Shown here: in pieces, positions 60,074 to 64,000 of the stretch
Position numbering within the stretch: the stretch's first letter is position 1
How the letters are laid out: each line of letters starts with the position of its first letter
NCBI GenBank assembly: GCA_963706575.1
Contig: CAVPNL010000006.1
Coordinates: 448,001 to 512,000 of the forward strand
Direction: 5' to 3'
Origin: an uncultured delta proteobacterium
GTDB taxonomy: Bacteria > Desulfobacterota > Desulfobacteria > Desulfobacterales > JAHEIW01
Length of the DNA: 64,000 nt
Made by a program: the position numbers and the translations under genes
Notes under the pieces: generated by a model
The model's input: only the letters and a program-made list of their open reading frames with translations
The model's database searches: none
Told to the model about the DNA's origin: nothing

Positions 60074-62232
60074 CTAAAGAAATCGCAGAAGACGATTGAT
60101 ATACTTGAAATACTGATCGGTGAACTGCAAACTCAATGCCCATAAGTTATAGCATTTCTCATAAGCAATGCCCTGTTCATCGGCAAATGCAACGGGATAG
60201 AGAAGCGCGGGCAAGTTTGCTTTTTGATATTTTGTGGCCAACAGATCCAATGTGGCCCTTAAAATGTTTGCCGAAAGCGCCTTTTTGTCGATCACAAAAA
60301 CCTTGATACAATTGGTCAGATCGAAAGATTAAGGCCCAGGTCGGTTAAATTCACCATAAAAATTGCCTTCAGTTGACCCTCCTGCCGCAGTGCAAGTAGC
60401 CGGCGGTCGCGCTGCAAGTCCAAACGTTTGTATTCTTCAGAAAGCTCATCAATGCGATGATGGTTCGGTCTTAAATCGGCGGCATCCAGCAGCAACCCTC
60501 CGGATACGTGCTGGTAAAAACTTTCGAGTTCTAAAAGGTCGACCCTTGAAACCGGACGAATCTGCCAGGATTCCGGCAGGTGTTGCACCGGGTCAGAATT
60601 ACACTGATGACGATAATAGGCAAACGGGTCTATGGAGCATCCTTTGGGATCATGGATCGAATTGGCAGCGCCGCCAAAGACGCGACTCGGAAATCTATTT
60701 TCAGGTCGATAATAACAGATCAAATAATCCATATGGAGAGAATCGAGCTGGTGAGAATTATTGCCATACGGCCAACTTGATCAAGACGATCAAACCCGCT
60801 TTGTTGAGAGCTCGGATTTGCGGGCCGCGTGGTGATGGATTAACCAGGTTTTATTATAATAGCGCAGCATGGCCATATGCCCCATGATGCGGCCGTTGTC
60901 CTGATAGATAAAATGCCGGGCAATGTTGGACTCATTATTGTAGAGCTTTTCGTAAGTCGCTTTGATCTGCTGTTTGTTTTTCTGGATATGTATATACTTA
61001 TCCGGATAAATGAACCCCGTTTCAAAGAAAAAATTCCAGAGCTCATCCAGGTTCACGCGGTTGCAAAAATATGATTTGTCATTTTGGGTTTGCTGCAAGA
61101 TGGAGATCAGTTTGACATGGTCTTTAATATTGATATCCAGCAAAGCCACACCGCATTTAACCCAATTCCCCGCTTTTTCAGCTTCAATGTTTTTGCGATA
61201 AACCACTTGAGCGCGGCATTTGATTTTAAAGCTGTTGGCAAAGCTCAACTCCAGAGCCGGCAGAATCATGCCCGGCAATAGCACAGAATTATTTTGATTT
61301 TCTTCTACCGCAAATCCCGATCCCGATAAATCGACGATTTTAAGATCAAACATCTTATTGGTGAAGGGATGCCTGAAAAGAACATCCGGAGACGGTGTCA
61401 AGTGATATCGGTGACTGCGGAACTCTTTATGCTTAAACCGCTGAATTTCATTAACCAGTGGCTTTAAAATATAGACACGGCTTTTCCTGCCGGCGCCTTG
61501 CCGAATGATTTTGCATTCACCGGCAAAATAGGTTTCCTTCTGGTCCGATAGAATTAGGTTGACCGGCGATTCCGAGTTGATCCATTCAAATGTTTGGGGT
61601 GGAGTGGCTTTTAGTTCGATCTTAAGTGAACAGGCATTAAAATCAACCAGGGTGCCGGAAAACAGGGTGCTGTTTTGAATTAATTGGGCTTTTATATCTT
61701 GACAGCCGTAGCGAATAACTTTTCGCGAACTGACTTCAAAACCATAATCCGGTAAGCGCAGGCGGATGACTTTTTTATCCATCCGGATGAGTTCGGGTTC
61801 CACTTGAATCAGGTTCTGGCTGTCAGGAATCAAAATATTTTGAAATTCATAAAAATCGAGTACCTGCAAATCCTCTTCTGATTTTTCCCAAACGCAATCC
61901 AGCCTGTTGTCCAGGCAGGGTTGCGGTCTGGCCAATAGCGTAAGACGTGTATGATAATTGCGGTGTTTAAAATTAATCAGGAGGGTGCTGTCTTGAAAGT
62001 TGATGAAGTTAAGCTTATTAATGAGCTGATTTTTACTGACCGGTTTTCGGTCTTCCTGGCCCTTTTCCTCTGTGATTCTGCGGGAAACCGCATAGATGTC
62101 AGTTTTTTCGGGAACACTGATTTGTGGATCGGCGTCTGAGTCTTTTACGGGTTGGGTCTTCTGAGAAGCTTCTGCTTCAGTCAATGGCCCAATGAGCAGT
62201 AGCTTTTTTCCAGCGGTTTCCATGTCCTCCAT
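60074..62232 (-). CDS. PilZ-domain protein with acyltransferase-like C-terminal region, frameshifted
   Basis: RSHRY...DLSGSG PilZ motifs; pieces 60790-62232, 60316-60732 and 60074-60295 are contiguous. Confidence 0.7.
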
Positions 62233-62712
62233 TCCTTTCTACTTAATCCAGATCACAAGTGAGATACCCCCCCAGGTTGTTTTATCTCACATTTTCGATC
62301 AAGATTTCCTCGACGTGTAAGTCCGCCATTGGTCATTATCTTTTTTAGCTATATGTCATATTACCTCCTGCCTCAAGACCCAGTCAGCCTGTAACATATT
62401 CGGAAATGGCAAACAACAAGTATTTTTGAAAAACAACAATTATTTTTTTGAATTTCATTTAGTTATTGGTGATTGACTTCTATAAATAATGTTAACTATA
62501 GCGGCAAAAATAAGATTGTAAAGGATAAAATGATTGCCTGGTGCAGTCAATTTTGAAAGCTACAAGATATTGTGTTGCTCTGAATGAATAAGCAAAATAT
62601 AGCCTGATTTTTTAACGGAGTGGTTGCGATTTCTAAGCCGGGGTTTTATATTTTACCAGAGGCCATTTCAAATAGTCAAAAGACACCAGGAACGTGAAAG
62701 GAACCAAGTGAT

Positions 62713-63639
62713 ATGGGCAATCAGATAAGGACCACAATCCTGCTGGCCGTGATGACGGCGTTGATTTTATGGATTGGCCAGCTATTCGGCGGGCGACAGG
62801 GTATGATTATCGCGCTTGTGCTTGCCGCCGGCATGAATTTTTTCAGCTACTGGTATTCGGACAAAATCGTATTAAAAATGTATCGTGCGCAGGAAGCCAG
62901 CCCGCAGCAGGCCCCGCAGCTTTTTGAGATGGTCCAAAGGCTTTCGCGCAAGGCCGGTCTTCCGATGCCGAAGTTATTTATCATTCCCCAAGAAGCGCCC
63001 AACGCGTTCGCCACCGGTCGCAACCCGGAACATGCCGTAGTGGCGGTTACCCAGGGATTGCTTAATATAATGGATCGAGATGAGGTGACCGGCGTGCTGG
63101 CCCACGAGATGGCGCACGTGAAAAACCGCGATATTTTAATCGGCAGCATAGCGGCAACCATGGCCGGCGCCATTATGGTTCTGGCGAGCATGGCGCGCTG
63201 GACGGCCATTTTCGGCGGCCGTGGGAGCAGTGATGACGAAGGCGGGGGTGGCGCCATTGGTCTGATTGCGATGTCACTTTTGGCACCATTTGCGGCCGTG
63301 ATTATTCAAATGGCCATATCACGTTCGCGAGAATATTTAGCGGATTCGACCGGTGCCGGTTTTGCGGGCAAACCGGAAGGATTGGCCCGGGCGCTTGATA
63401 AGCTTGGCCGCTATTCGAAAAAGCTGCCGATGCATGCCAATCCGTCGACGGCGCATATGTTTATCGTGAATCCGTTGTCGGGCAGAAGTTTAATGGGTTT
63501 GTTTTCAACCCATCCGCCGTTGGAAGAGCGCATCGCGCGTCTAAGGGGGAATCCCCCCCAGACCGGCAAGACTTTAGAATCCGGCGAGGATCGTCGACAA
63601 GCCCAGGCCAGGGCCATGTGGGATCGGCTTTCAGATTGA
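62713..63639 (+). CDS. htpX: Zinc metalloprotease HtpX
   Basis: PNAFATGRNP, HEMAH, SRSREYLAD and FSTHPPLEERI motifs. Confidence 0.95.
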   Translation: MGNQIRTTILLAVMTALILWIGQLFGGRQGMIIALVLAAGMNFFSYWYSDKIVLKMYRAQEASPQQAPQLFEMVQRLSRKAGLPMPKLFIIPQEAPNAFATGRNPEHAVVAVTQGLLNIMDRDEVTGVLAHEMAHVKNRDILIGSIAATMAGAIMVLASMARWTAIFGGRGSSDDEGGGGAIGLIAMSLLAPFAAVIIQMAISRSREYLADSTGAGFAGKPEGLARALDKLGRYSKKLPMHANPSTAHMFIVNPLSGRSLMGLFSTHPPLEERIARLRGNPPQTGKTLESGEDRRQAQARAMWDRLSD

Positions 63640-63690
63640 TAGCGGGGGGCTTGCTGTTATATTTCACCGCAGAGACGCAGAGATTTTTTT

Positions 63691-63727
63691 CTTGTTCTGA
63701 TTTCCTGAGAGGGGAAATCAGAACAAA
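63691..63727. terminator. Strong hairpin between convergent htpX and hgcB
   Basis: ttgttctgatttcc-tgagagg-ggaaatcagaacaa, a 14-bp perfect stem. Confidence 0.6.
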
Positions 63728-63739
63728 CAACCTGCTGCA

Positions 63740-64000
63740 TCACGTACCGCAGCAGACGGCGGTGTTCTTGCCTTTGATCCAGGTCTGAATAATATAGGAG
63801 GCGCATCCGACCCCGGGGGCCACAGCGATCGCTTCGGTGGGGCAGTTTTTGGCGCAGGCACCGCACTCCATACACCCGTCTAAATCATGAATCCGGGCTT
63901 TTTTGCGGTGAAGTGAAAAAACCCCATGAGGGCATACGATTTCACACATGCCGCAACCCACGCAGGCCGCTTCGTCCAACCGCAACGTTGTCACACCGGC
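63740..64000 (-). CDS. hgcB: Mercury methylation ferredoxin HgcB (5' end outside the window)
   Basis: CVGCGMCEIVCP and CMECGACAKNCP ferredoxin motifs, GVGCA and a C-terminal vicinal CC; the frame is open to the window edge. Confidence 0.85.
   Translation of the reverse strand, partial: AGVTTLRLDEAACVGCGMCEIVCPHGVFSLHRKKARIHDLDGCMECGACAKNCPTEAIAVAPGVGCASYIIQTWIKGKNTAVCCGT

Noticed and set aside
63725..63745. Possible selenocysteine read-through of the hgcB TGA (CCGT-TGA-TGC) with a downstream hairpin as SECIS
   Set aside because: Read-through would add about 90 codons overlapping htpX in antisense. The hairpin loop lacks the usual apical G and fits a terminator better, and a CC pair already precedes the stop.

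Overview
A 64 kb bacterial chromosomal segment of about 48% GC (rough estimate). Gene content suggests a Desulfobacterales-like deltaproteobacterium; this is an inference. From left to right it holds: ETF-quinone oxidoreductase (partial), a ZIP transporter, cysS, a CBS/ACT protein, znuACB plus a Fur/Zur regulator, class II ribonucleotide reductase (nrdJ) with NrdR boxes, a porin and lipoprotein pair, a NarX/NarL-type two-component set and dinB. Next comes a large nitrogen-assimilation cluster (GAF-type sigma54 activator, glnA, glnB, amtB, glnD, glnE, split glutamate synthase) followed by carA, carB and purF. The right part has a radical SAM gene, a four-helix-bundle gene, ydbH-ynbE-ydbL, an atypical KAS III, a YchF paralog, AsmA, S1, a methyltransferase, a PilZ-domain protein and htpX. 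The mercury-methylation ferredoxin hgcB is cut by the right edge. Four observations stand out: (1) a ~300 bp MITE-like element present twice, with the central ~75 bp core in opposite orientations between identical-orientation flanks; (2) many intergenic elements built from short-period tandem repeats in inverted orientation, one enclosing a four-helix-bundle gene; (3) a readable sigma54 regulon with paired TTAC-N6-GTAA sites; (4) hgcB. Many frameshifts between 50 and 61 kb suggest indel-prone assembly. No rRNA, tRNA, CRISPR array or transposase was recognised.
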